DNA of 64,000 nucleotides from Promethearchaeota archaeon (lineage in GTDB: Archaea > Asgardarchaeota > Lokiarchaeia > Sigyniarchaeales > SOKP01). The stretch spans positions 133,083 to 197,082 of the forward strand of contig JAHPZI010000022.1 of assembly GCA_019058295.1 (NCBI GenBank), given 5' to 3'. Of the stretch, positions 46,921 through 56,695 are shown piece by piece (the stretch's first letter is position 1; every line of letters begins with the position of its first letter). Under the pieces are notes generated by a model, which was not told the origin of the DNA, ran no database searches, and was given only the letters and a program-made list of their open reading frames with translations. The position numbers and the translations under genes are program-made.

Positions 46921-48987
46921 ATGTTTAAAAAAGCCCGATCTTTAGTGATTCCTATCATTCTTATTATACTTGTTCAACAAATTTCCCTTATATCTGCTGA
47001 AGAGATTAATGTAAAATGGGAATACACGATGCGTACTACTTTTATTCGAAATTTTGATATGTTTGATTATTTTAATGCCACGGTTGGATATAGAACTCGA
47101 CAGGATATATATTTAAATGACAGTGTAAATTATGAGGATTTTTATGCACAATCTTCAAGAATTTATTTAAATATGGCAGTAAATGATAGTACGATTATCG
47201 ATGCACTTGGACCAATTAAAAAATATGAAGATTGTATGGATTTTAGAATGAATTCCTTAATTAGGATGCTCTATTTAGATATAAATAAATCAATTTTGTC
47301 TACAGCTACAAGGGATAAAATATGTGATGCTTTAGGGAAAGCAAAATATTGGCACGATGAACCTAGCAGTGATTCAGCAATCTTTACAACAGAAAATCAT
47401 CAAATCCTCTATCATACATCGGAACTACTTGTTGGACAATTATTTCCCAGTGATATTTTCAAAAATTCAGATATGTCTGGAGATGAGAAAGTCTTACATG
47501 CAACTCCTTACGTTAAACAATGGTTAAATTGGCGCGGTCAATTTGGTTTTTCTGAATGGCACTCAAATACTTATTATGTTGAAGATATTGCTGCTTTGGT
47601 AAATCTGGTAGATTTTGCTTTAGATGAGGAAATTGCACGTAAAGCAGCCATGGTGCTAGATCTGATGGCTTTTGGTTTTGCTATTAATTATTATAAAAAC
47701 AGGTATGCTACTTCAATGGGACGTACTTATGACAATTCTCATGTCGGCACACCTAAACACGATAGTGTCTCAGAGGCGGTATGGATTATGTTGGGAATAG
47801 GAAAGCATTATGCTTCCAATGGTAACAATATGGCAGCAGTTGCTTTAGCAACAAGTGAACATTATGCTCCTCCCCCCATATTCGAGCTAATTGCGCAAAA
47901 CGCAACCCTTAATTGTGAAAGCAAGGAGAGACATAATCTATATTTAAGTGAAGGAGAAAAATATGGAGTAGATTATGAAGATGATTTAATGTATTGGTTA
48001 GGATTACAAGCTCATTTAGCACCTCATATAATTGAACCAACATTTGATCATGTAGAAGAAAATAATAGAGATCCTATGACTTTATTTGGACCTCAATTCC
48101 TCATGGATTTTATAAAATTCATGGCCTTCATGAAAGGACTTTCTCTTAGCGAATATTCTCAAACAATCAGAGGGATCACCCAGGGAATTATGCTTGAGGC
48201 CGCAAATATCTATACATATCGGACACCAAATTATCAACTTTCAGGTGTACAAGATCACATGAAAGGAATGAACGGAGCACAAGAAATGATTTGGCAGGCG
48301 ACTTTGGATGATGATGCGTATGTTTTTACAAATTCTCCTGGTGGATATACTCATGGTTTAGACCAATTTTTTATGGGCGGGTGGAAACCTCGAGCGACCT
48401 TATATAAGAATATTGGTGTCATCCAATACGATAGAGAGGTTATGCCATTTGAAGCAGAGTTAACAATCTTCTTAATGAATCTCTTTACAGGCTTTAAATT
48501 TTATAACCATGCTTATTTTCCTCAATATGCTTTTGACGATGTTTATTTGACCGATAAATGGTCAATGGGTGCTAAAGATGACGGTTATGTGGCACTTTAC
48601 ACTTATGAACCTTCAAAATGGGTTTCAGATTACGAGCTTCAAACCCAAGGTTCTAAGAATTTATATGTTGTAGAATTAGGTGATAAGGATACTTATGGAT
48701 CTTTTGAGAATTTTCAGGACGCTATCTTGGATATCACCATGGATGTTACTCCATTATCCTTAGGTTATGATATTAGTTATACTTCCCCTTCTCAAGGCGA
48801 TGTAACTGTGAGCTGGGATGACCCCATGTATGTAGATGGTAATAAAGTTGATTTAGGAGATTATAAACGATTCGATAATCAATATTGCCGGCAAGATTTT
48901 TATACAACTAGAACAATCATAGAACATGAAGGTCACTACTTAGAACTTAATTTTAGTAATAGTTCAAGATATTATAAGGCACCATAA
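46921..48987 (+). CDS. Secreted protein, probably alginate-lyase/heparinase-like fold
   Basis: Signal peptide; TENHQIL and GFSEWHSNTYY motifs; helical N-terminal half and beta-rich C-terminal half. Confidence 0.6.
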   Translation: MFKKARSLVIPIILIILVQQISLISAEEINVKWEYTMRTTFIRNFDMFDYFNATVGYRTRQDIYLNDSVNYEDFYAQSSRIYLNMAVNDSTIIDALGPIKKYEDCMDFRMNSLIRMLYLDINKSILSTATRDKICDALGKAKYWHDEPSSDSAIFTTENHQILYHTSELLVGQLFPSDIFKNSDMSGDEKVLHATPYVKQWLNWRGQFGFSEWHSNTYYVEDIAALVNLVDFALDEEIARKAAMVLDLMAFGFAINYYKNRYATSMGRTYDNSHVGTPKHDSVSEAVWIMLGIGKHYASNGNNMAAVALATSEHYAPPPIFELIAQNATLNCESKERHNLYLSEGEKYGVDYEDDLMYWLGLQAHLAPHIIEPTFDHVEENNRDPMTLFGPQFLMDFIKFMAFMKGLSLSEYSQTIRGITQGIMLEAANIYTYRTPNYQLSGVQDHMKGMNGAQEMIWQATLDDDAYVFTNSPGGYTHGLDQFFMGGWKPRATLYKNIGVIQYDREVMPFEAELTIFLMNLFTGFKFYNHAYFPQYAFDDVYLTDKWSMGAKDDGYVALYTYEPSKWVSDYELQTQGSKNLYVVELGDKDTYGSFENFQDAILDITMDVTPLSLGYDISYTSPSQGDVTVSWDDPMYVDGNKVDLGDYKRFDNQYCRQDFYTTRTIIEHEGHYLELNFSNSSRYYKAP

Positions 48988-49001
48988 AAGATGATAAAAA
49001 A

Positions 49002-49970
49002 TTGAATAAGAAAAAGAATGGAAATGCATTAAGAGATTTCTGGGAAACTTGTATTAAAGGGATGATTATCGTAGTTTTCGGACTATATCTTACTAGATTT
49101 AACGTAGGAATGGGTAGATATGAAACAAATATATTACTTGGGATAACAGCATATTTATTTCTAGCACTTTCGGGCTTACTGATGGTTAAATACCTTCAAA
49201 ATTCTGATGAAAAAATATCATTACATGCATTTATTATGAGTATCATTATGTATGCCATTGGATTTACCGTGACTTTAATAAATATGGCAGTCTTTAATCT
49301 TGATATTCTTATATTAATTCCACTTATAGTAATTGGAGGTCTCTGGATAGGACTCAGTCTCTTTGCATTAAAAAAAGATAAAAGTGAGATTGTTATAAAA
49401 ATTTTAATGTGTCTCTCATTTTCTCTTGGTTTAATCTATGGAGCTAGTCTAAATCTTGTAATCTTTCCAATATATGTCTTATTCTTCTTTTTTACTTTCT
49501 TTTTTCTTCAATTATCAAGAGAATATATAAAAAACGTAAGAGATTTAGAAGAAATAGTAAGAGAAAAGAAGCACAGGATCAAGAACCTGCGTAAAAGAAT
49601 CAGTTCAAAAAAGTATCAAGCACCAACAAAGGACAAAATAAAAAAAAATCTAAAAAAAAGATCAGTCAATATTCGATTAACTAACCCTCAGAGTAAGGAA
49701 TTATTGAAAAAGTCCATGTTTTCTCAAATTATTGCAATTGCTCTAGCAGTGGGTATACATTTATCTCTAGTCTTTACCGTCCTATTTAAGGGTATTGCTT
49801 ATCCTAGGGCGTTTTTATTTATTATGATAATCATATATATTCCATTACTTGGCTCGTCTTGTTTATTAACCCGACGTAGCATCTCAAATAATAAAATTCC
49901 AAAGAAAGCAGGCTTATTAGTTTCTTTCGGTATGTTAGCAATGTTAATGGCAATCTTAATCTCAGTATAA
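49002..49970 (+). CDS. Degenerate UbiA/DGGGP-synthase-like membrane protein
   Basis: ~8 TM; LSREYIKNVRDLEE matches the REIxKDxxD motif of DGGGP synthases, but the first NDxxD motif is absent. Confidence 0.55.
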   Translation: MNKKKNGNALRDFWETCIKGMIIVVFGLYLTRFNVGMGRYETNILLGITAYLFLALSGLLMVKYLQNSDEKISLHAFIMSIIMYAIGFTVTLINMAVFNLDILILIPLIVIGGLWIGLSLFALKKDKSEIVIKILMCLSFSLGLIYGASLNLVIFPIYVLFFFFTFFFLQLSREYIKNVRDLEEIVREKKHRIKNLRKRISSKKYQAPTKDKIKKNLKKRSVNIRLTNPQSKELLKKSMFSQIIAIALAVGIHLSLVFTVLFKGIAYPRAFLFIMIIIYIPLLGSSCLLTRRSISNNKIPKKAGLLVSFGMLAMLMAILISV

Positions 49971-50020
49971 AGGTTTGATTAACTTTAACACTCAATTTTA
50001 ATAATTGTTCGCGAACTCAC

Positions 50021-52423
50021 TTAATCCACAAAACATGATAAATCCTTTTGAACTGAACTATTTTTATAATCTTTGGTCAATAAGATGTCAAGCTCGGGGA
50101 ATTCAAAAGGAAAGATGTTTTCAAACGCTCTTTTTAACAATTCGATGTATTTTTTTTTGTCGTATTGATGTTTCCTTGGGTCGTAAAAGTCTGAAAGGAT
50201 TACCTTTTTTTCTGGAAAGTTAGGATCGGCTTCTGCGTTGAGAATAATGTATCGTACATTTTTTCCTGCCGAGGCTACAACCCCAGATCGTTCTAGTTGC
50301 CTTGCTGCGACAGCTTGATATGAATTTACTTTGTAAGCCGAAGGTTTACGAGAGATCCTTTGCTTTATTGTCAGTTCTTCTCTCGATATCTTGCCTGAGA
50401 GTATTCGATCCACATATTCAAAGAGTTTTTTTCTTGCGTTGGGAATTCGATCCATGAATTCTTCAACAGAAGTCGCACCTTTGAACACATCAATAAGTGT
50501 ATATTGGGCGTCTTTTACGATTTTTGGGATGTCGCGTCGCCTGACTTCAATGCCTCTTACCTTAAGTTCTCCGTCGCTTTTGATGCCCCAGTAATGACTG
50601 AGTGCAGGTATATCAGGTTCTGCCCGGGATGGAAGGAATACTATTACATTATATCTTCCTTCCCAATTCATGGGAATCCTTGTCTCTTTTGAAATATCTT
50701 CGACAATTTTCTTGGTTATCATATCGAATTCTTCAGGAGGCCTTCCCTTTGTGTCTTTCAGCCATAGAGAGTCCACAATGCCGTGAATAATTCTGCACCC
50801 ATATCTCTCGGCAATCTCTGCAGCACGCATAAGAAATTCACGAGCAAAAGCACAGACCGTCTGATGGGCCTCTATCTTCCCAAAGCGGGCGTTTTTAAAC
50901 CCTAAATACCCAAAACTTACAACAAGCACCCATTTCAGAGCAATGTCAGTGAATTTGTATCGAATTTCATCGTGAGTTTTATTATAGTCTTTGTACTGCA
51001 ACCTTTTTCCCAAAGGTAAGCTGATAGACTCTGCAATGATACCTCGTCGTTTGGTACAAATGTGAAAATCCAATCCAGGTACTTTAATGCCGGTTCCATC
51101 ATCCTTACAGCACTTACAGTTTATTGTTTCTGAAGAGACATTATATTCCGACATTAAAGAAGGATACATTGAAGAATAATCAAGCTCAACCACTTGATCA
51201 AACACACCAATTAAAGGCTGGAAGATGTGTCCTCCCCGGTCTCCATATATCAAATCCATTCCAGACCGAAATCCCTCAGGACTTTTCTTAAACGGAGGGA
51301 TTAAATGATCGAGCTTATATGCATTGTAGAATTGAATTGATTGCAATGCTCCGCCGATTGTAATTCGTGCTAATCGTTGGAGAGGGACCCGCGAGATGCG
51401 TGCTACTTCAATAACGCCAGGAATGTTTCCTTCAGTGAAGTGAAGGCTGGCATAAGTGGTCGTGTCCAAATGAAACCTTCCCATAAAATAAACTTGAGTC
51501 TTTGAACGACGTCGAATAATTCCATAGGACATATAATGGTCAGAACCCCCTGAAAGGTCAAAAAGACAGTTTTTAAGGGGAGTCTTGTCTCGAGATAAGT
51601 AAAGATCCTTTGATACGCGATTTTTTGACGCACGTGCTACCAAATATGGAAATATGAACTCATCTCCGTTCTGCGTGAGAATTATATCGGGATCGATTTT
51701 CTCAATCACTTTACTTATCATTAGCAGATTTTCTGCCTCGTCAGCCAAATCGATCAGAATTTTGCGCTTTTTGTAGCTATCGGCTCTTGGAACATTGTTT
51801 TCATCATTTTCCACAATACTTACTATAGCGTAAGCAAGAGGGTCGTTGTAGTATGCTCTAATTCCGCGCTTCTGGACTTTAATATCTAACCACACTGCCC
51901 TTAACGGAGGCAATTCATAAAATAGTTCTTCATTATCGTCCTTCAACTCTAAGGAGGTCAAACGCATAACTTTTTCCTTTTTTCTTTTGTCCCACTCAAT
52001 TTTCACCGTAAATTTACAGCGAGACATCGGGAATATATCGTTTACGTAGAAATACATCTGCGAGATTGGTAGATCCGTATTATAGAGAGTAAAAAGCCCT
52101 ATTTCGTCGATTTCGCTAATCACTTTTTTGAATACTGAAGGCTTTGACACGGAAACGCCAAAAATTTTCGTTTTCCGATGATCCTCTAACTTCACATATT
52201 TTTCACAGATGCGAACACATTTTACTTTTGGATGAGACTTTAGAATGTTTTTTAATCTTTTTAAATCGTTGCCAGCGCTTTCATTGGGCACGGCAAAAAA
52301 TTCAGGGGAAAACTCTTGAAATATCTTCACATTTTTCCCTTCTTTTTTAACCCAGAGAATTACCCCTTCACTAAAAGTTGAAACATCTAAAAGCCAGCCG
52401 TCAAATTGCTCTTGAGAAGCCAA
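50021..52423 (-). CDS. polB2: Family B DNA polymerase, PolB2 (Dpo2-like) type
   Basis: DYSSMYPS, KWVLVVSFGYLG, HGIVDS (altered motif C), ExoI DIK instead of DxE, C-terminal QKDLSCF. Confidence 0.88.
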   Translation of the reverse strand: MASQEQFDGWLLDVSTFSEGVILWVKKEGKNVKIFQEFSPEFFAVPNESAGNDLKRLKNILKSHPKVKCVRICEKYVKLEDHRKTKIFGVSVSKPSVFKKVISEIDEIGLFTLYNTDLPISQMYFYVNDIFPMSRCKFTVKIEWDKRKKEKVMRLTSLELKDDNEELFYELPPLRAVWLDIKVQKRGIRAYYNDPLAYAIVSIVENDENNVPRADSYKKRKILIDLADEAENLLMISKVIEKIDPDIILTQNGDEFIFPYLVARASKNRVSKDLYLSRDKTPLKNCLFDLSGGSDHYMSYGIIRRRSKTQVYFMGRFHLDTTTYASLHFTEGNIPGVIEVARISRVPLQRLARITIGGALQSIQFYNAYKLDHLIPPFKKSPEGFRSGMDLIYGDRGGHIFQPLIGVFDQVVELDYSSMYPSLMSEYNVSSETINCKCCKDDGTGIKVPGLDFHICTKRRGIIAESISLPLGKRLQYKDYNKTHDEIRYKFTDIALKWVLVVSFGYLGFKNARFGKIEAHQTVCAFAREFLMRAAEIAERYGCRIIHGIVDSLWLKDTKGRPPEEFDMITKKIVEDISKETRIPMNWEGRYNVIVFLPSRAEPDIPALSHYWGIKSDGELKVRGIEVRRRDIPKIVKDAQYTLIDVFKGATSVEEFMDRIPNARKKLFEYVDRILSGKISREELTIKQRISRKPSAYKVNSYQAVAARQLERSGVVASAGKNVRYIILNAEADPNFPEKKVILSDFYDPRKHQYDKKKYIELLKRAFENIFPFEFPELDILLTKDYKNSSVQKDLSCFVD

Positions 52424-52424
52424 A

Positions 52425-52694
52425 TTACTTATCCTTTAATTTTTCTTCCAATTTTTTAATTTTTTTCTCTAAAAACTCGATTTTTTTTTCTTGTTCGACT
52501 GCGAAAGACATGAATAATATTTCTGAAAGCATTGGCCGGGCGCTCAAACTCCCCGCATCGGCGTGAATTCGAGCAAAATTCATTAATTTGTGAAAGAGTT
52601 CCTGATCTTCGGGGCGAAGCGCTCTTTTAAAATCCTTCCAGCTTTCTATTTCATGTTCTAACGCAGGCCTAAAAGAAGGCACAGTTCTTCCCAT
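52425..52694 (-). CDS. Small helical PolB2-associated protein (arCOG07300-like)
   Basis: MGRTVPSFR..E...W..FKRALR.EDQELF..L...AR.HA.A; abuts polB2. Confidence 0.8.
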   Translation of the reverse strand: MGRTVPSFRPALEHEIESWKDFKRALRPEDQELFHKLMNFARIHADAGSLSARPMLSEILFMSFAVEQEKKIEFLEKKIKKLEEKLKDK

Positions 52695-52744
52695 AATAAT
52701 TACCAAAAGAAGTAATTTGTCATGAAATTTAAAAAAAAATACGT

Positions 52745-52762
52745 CGAAAATTTTCTGATTTC
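52745..52762 (-). promoter_or_regulatory. Motif shared by the polB2-operon and inactive-radA promoters (copy 1)
   Basis: CGAAAATTTTCTGATTTC; 15/18 identical to 55946..55963; just upstream of a TTTAAA box. Confidence 0.55.
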
Positions 52763-52848
52763 ATGACTATTTTAATAGAATTAAAAGAGGATTTAAATTA
52801 TAGAGCTTAATTTAGAGCTCACTTTAGTTTAATAAAGAGAATTTGTGA

Positions 52849-53379
52849 TTAGGAAACATTCTTGTTGCTTAGTATTTTTCTTATTAACAGCTCAAAAGAT
52901 TCGTTTACGTTTTCTCCTGTTAAAGAAGATGTTTTTAAATAATCAAAATAATTGTCATTTATTTCCAAGACACTTAATACTAGATCGTCAATATCATTTG
53001 TGTCCCCGTCGATCATATCATGCTTAGATCCAATAATCAATATAGGGATTTCCCCTTGTTGATCTAACAATTCCAACCAAAAATATATATTATCTAAACT
53101 GTTAAAGCGCGTTAAATCAAATAAAACTAGGGCACCTAAAGTGCCTTCGATCCATTTAGACTTAGGGAAAAGCTTTTTGAATTGTTGCTGGCCTCCTAAA
53201 TCCCATATAACAAGTTCATAATTCTTATTTTCAATTTCAATTTCCTTATAAAAAAATTCAAGACCCCTAGTCATTTGAGTTTCCAAATCAAATTCATCAT
53301 TAACATACTTATTTAATAGCGTACTTTTCCCAACACCGCCATCTCCTGCGATAACTAGTTTGATTACACGATTCGACAT
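52849..53379 (-). CDS. Small Rab/Ras-like GTPase
   Basis: GDGGVGKS, WDLGGQ, SKHD, TSS. Confidence 0.9.
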   Translation of the reverse strand: MSNRVIKLVIAGDGGVGKSTLLNKYVNDEFDLETQMTRGLEFFYKEIEIENKNYELVIWDLGGQQQFKKLFPKSKWIEGTLGALVLFDLTRFNSLDNIYFWLELLDQQGEIPILIIGSKHDMIDGDTNDIDDLVLSVLEINDNYFDYLKTSSLTGENVNESFELLIRKILSNKNVS

Positions 53380-53600
53380 AAATTAAACCGTCTCTATAAA
53401 TCTTATACTTTTAAGTAGAAATGATGTAATAAATACTTGAATAATATTTTCATTGTTCGTGTCATGGTAATGACAACTAAAAAATTGGATTGATCCTCCT
53501 TTTATCTTTTTTGAAATGATGATTTATTTTCCGTTTTAGATAACTTATTTATAATGAGTAAAAACAATATTTACTATACAATATTTAATAAGATGATTTT

Positions 53601-54014
53601 ATGAGTGATGAACTAAAAAAATGGCACGCTCCTTGTGGGATCTATTGTAAAAAATGTCCGGGAATAAAGTTCTATAATTGTAAAGGATGCATAGAACAAA
53701 AAGGTCAAGTAAAAGATTTTCCAGTATGCAAGACTTATGAATGTGTTACTAGTAAAGGGTATGAGTTTTGTTATGAATGTGCAGATTTTCCGTGTGAAAT
53801 GCTTCAACCTATAGTAAATTTCGAGATTTTTGCCCCTCATAATTCAAAAGTATACAATCTAATTATGATTCAAAAGCATGGATTAGAAAAATGGAATGAA
53901 ATTTGCGAAGAAAAGTCAAAATTATATTATGAAGGAAAGAAAGTTAAGTTCGGTGGCGACCCTTTAACACTTGAAAAAAAAGATCCACGCATATATAAAA
54001 AGAAAACAAAATAA
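53601..54014 (+). CDS. Cys-rich DUF3795-like protein
   Basis: APCGIYCKKC, CKGC, FCYECADFPC. Confidence 0.8.
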   Translation: MSDELKKWHAPCGIYCKKCPGIKFYNCKGCIEQKGQVKDFPVCKTYECVTSKGYEFCYECADFPCEMLQPIVNFEIFAPHNSKVYNLIMIQKHGLEKWNEICEEKSKLYYEGKKVKFGGDPLTLEKKDPRIYKKKTK

Positions 54015-54035
54015 ATCCGGCAAGGGATAAGCATA

Positions 54036-55139
54036 GTGTCAATTAGCGGAAAACGTGGCTTACCTCGAAATGTTGTTCTCCATTTAACGGAGAATTGCAA
54101 TCTCAGATGTAAAATGTGTTATTTTTGGGGAGAAACTGGGGCTTATTCTAGCTCTAAACTTGGAAGAAAACCAATATCATTAGAACTTGAGTTAGTGAAG
54201 CAGATTGTACACGATTTAACTCCATCTAAGCCATTTTACAGCCTTTTTGGAGGAGAACCTCTCATATACCCCTTTATAGAAGAAGTTATTTGTGCAATTA
54301 AAGAAGCAGGATCCATCATAGACACTCCTACTAACGGTACATTATTAGCAGAACACGCTAAAATGCTGGTTCGAACGGGTTTCGATTTTGTGAGGGTATC
54401 AATTGACGGCCCTCGCGAAATAACAGATGAACTGCGTGGTAAAGGGAGCCACGATAAAGCTTTTAATGGTATCGAAACTCTTCATGAAGAAAAATTAATA
54501 GCTAAGAAAAAAAGACCGTATATCGGTATCCTTTATACAGTAACTCCCAAAAATTATCTTTCTATTGAGCAATTTTTTCTTGAAGATCTCAACCTATCAA
54601 CCATTAGCAATGTATCAATCCAGATGCAAAACTTCCTGACAGACGAGATGGGTAGTAAATACGCAGAAATGATTAGATCTAACTTCGGGATTACTAGCGA
54701 TAGTTATTGGAAGGGATTTATCAGATCCACTCAAGATTTTAATGATGTGGATACCATAGAGTTGGCCCACCAAGTCAATAAAGTAGTTAAACACTTAAAA
54801 AAAATCGGAAAAATTGTTATACTCGAACCTCCTACTTTCTCTCCAGAAAATCTTAAAGCCTATATCGAAGCAAGATGGAATGATATGTCGGACACTTATG
54901 GTGGATGTTTAGTGCCTTGGATTGCTGTCGATATTACTGCCGCTGGAGATGTAGCTCCTTGCCATGCATTTTACGACCTTATATTAGGAAATCTTTACGA
55001 GAATAATATTGAAGAGATATGGAATGGCGAAAACTATCAAAAATTCCGGACATATATGCGAAAAAATAAATTAATGTCTATTTGTCCTGGATGTTGCATC
55101 CTTTATTTAGCGGGAAAGAAAAAAAGGAAAAAAGAATAG
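54036..55139 (+). CDS. Radical SAM protein with SPASM/Twitch domain
   Basis: CNLRCKMC, GGEP, TNG, SIDG, CLVPW..GDVAPC, LGN. Confidence 0.9.
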   Translation: MSISGKRGLPRNVVLHLTENCNLRCKMCYFWGETGAYSSSKLGRKPISLELELVKQIVHDLTPSKPFYSLFGGEPLIYPFIEEVICAIKEAGSIIDTPTNGTLLAEHAKMLVRTGFDFVRVSIDGPREITDELRGKGSHDKAFNGIETLHEEKLIAKKKRPYIGILYTVTPKNYLSIEQFFLEDLNLSTISNVSIQMQNFLTDEMGSKYAEMIRSNFGITSDSYWKGFIRSTQDFNDVDTIELAHQVNKVVKHLKKIGKIVILEPPTFSPENLKAYIEARWNDMSDTYGGCLVPWIAVDITAAGDVAPCHAFYDLILGNLYENNIEEIWNGENYQKFRTYMRKNKLMSICPGCCILYLAGKKKRKKE

Positions 55140-55151
55140 GAATTTTTTAAC

Positions 55152-55904
55152 CTAGAACCAACAATCCAAGGTCGTATTTTTCGTAGGATTTGACAGCTTC
55201 CTTTTAGAGGTTCGGGGTTTCCATTTTAAAAGCTGTTTTTCCTGTTTAAATGGATGTTGAACGAGTATGTATTCCACATAACGCTCGTCGTCGTTTATCA
55301 ATACCAGCACGCTCCCAAAATGAGAAATGATCTTTCCACCTTTAGGCCTAAAGAGAGAAAATTCGTTCAAAGGGGCAGTCAAAACAATTAAAGGCTTGGT
55401 CTTTGAAAGGATGTCTTTGATTCCTCCTATTGCTTTTAACAAGTCTTCGAAAGTTTGTTTTTCGTAGCTTTGAAACAAGGTCGTGATTCCTGAAACTAAC
55501 ACTACCTTGACATGTTCAAGCGTAGAAAGTCTATTTTCCAGAAGTTCGATCATCTGATCCCAAGTAAACGCTCGGGCAATAACGATGTTTTCTAGGACTT
55601 TTCGAGGCGATAAATGTTGAGAAACAGCAAATTTACTCACATTATACGGATTGAAGCGATTGTTTCCATCAATAAAAGCAACTTTAATCCCATCTCCAAG
55701 CCCTCCATTGGCAAAAGCCTTTTGCGCGATAACTGCAGTTGTCAACAAAATATCTGTCGTCTTTTTTTTGTCACCGTAGAGCAAATAGACTAAATCTTTT
55801 TGAAAACCACCAGACAACAACTCATCTAGCGTGGAATCTCCACTTGAAACGACGGGAATTCTGTTATTTTTTTTGTATACCCTGAATCCTGAATCAAACG
55901 GCAT
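55152..55904 (-). CDS. Inactivated RadA/RecA-fold protein (iRadA, ImuA-like)
   Basis: SSGDSTLDELLSGG, FIDGNNRFNP, IARAFT; Walker A degenerate (YGDKKKT); C-terminal TTLDCWF. Confidence 0.82.
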   Translation of the reverse strand: MPFDSGFRVYKKNNRIPVVSSGDSTLDELLSGGFQKDLVYLLYGDKKKTTDILLTTAVIAQKAFANGGLGDGIKVAFIDGNNRFNPYNVSKFAVSQHLSPRKVLENIVIARAFTWDQMIELLENRLSTLEHVKVVLVSGITTLFQSYEKQTFEDLLKAIGGIKDILSKTKPLIVLTAPLNEFSLFRPKGGKIISHFGSVLVLINDDERYVEYILVQHPFKQEKQLLKWKPRTSKRKLSNPTKNTTLDCWF

Positions 55905-55945
55905 TACATAAAATAATGTGACTTTTAAAAAAAAAAAGAAGCCAC

Positions 55946-55963
55946 CGACAATTTTCTAAATTC
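55946..55963 (-). promoter_or_regulatory. Motif shared by the polB2-operon and inactive-radA promoters (copy 2)
   Basis: CGACAATTTTCTAAATTC upstream of TTTAAA. Confidence 0.55.
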
Positions 55964-56235
55964 TGCCTTTTTAAAAAATGAACATGAGAATTGATTTCTT
56001 TGTGAGAAAAGGTTTTTCTCTTAAAAGAAACTTAGTTTCATAGGGATAGAGTGAGGAGAGTAAAAGTAAAAGTAAATCCAATTGTAAAATTTTATTAGTT
56101 GTAAGTTCCGACATTAATAAAAATAGAACTTCTAATTAAAAAAGATCAACTTTATAAATTTTAAGTGAATTATAATTTTAATTTTAATTTTAATAAAACA
56201 AAAGAATAAATATATTTTAATAGGAGTTGTAAAAA

Positions 56236-56634
56236 ATGTTATTACAAGCAGGTGCAGCCCTTATAGTATTGTATATCTTACTTTTCATATTCTTTCTGAT
56301 ATTTATAACATTATTTCTTAAAATCGGCTTAAGTTTTACATCCGCAGAAAATATTGGATTTGGTTCAGTTTTACCAACGGCTTTTCTTTGTACATTAGCA
56401 ATGTGGGCTTTGATAGTTCTTTTTAATTGGTTTTTACCTGGATTAATATGGTTTATTATTGCTGTACTTATTGGATTGATTATATGTTGGGCTATTATTG
56501 CGGCGCGACATGATATAGGTTATGGCGCCGCAATTGCTGTCACAATTATCGCTGTTATTGCTGCAGTAGTGATAATAATCATTTTGATTATTGTTATTGG
56601 ATTCCTTATAGGATTTGTTCTATGGGTATTTTAA
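56236..56634 (+). CDS. Highly hydrophobic 4-TM membrane protein
   Basis: AGGAG SD; almost entirely hydrophobic. Confidence 0.75.
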   Translation: MLLQAGAALIVLYILLFIFFLIFITLFLKIGLSFTSAENIGFGSVLPTAFLCTLAMWALIVLFNWFLPGLIWFIIAVLIGLIICWAIIAARHDIGYGAAIAVTIIAVIAAVVIIIILIIVIGFLIGFVLWVF

Positions 56635-56695
56635 ACCTAATTATTTTTTTTTTCTTATTTCTCTTATTTCTCCTAAAAAAGGGACTTTAAATGAT

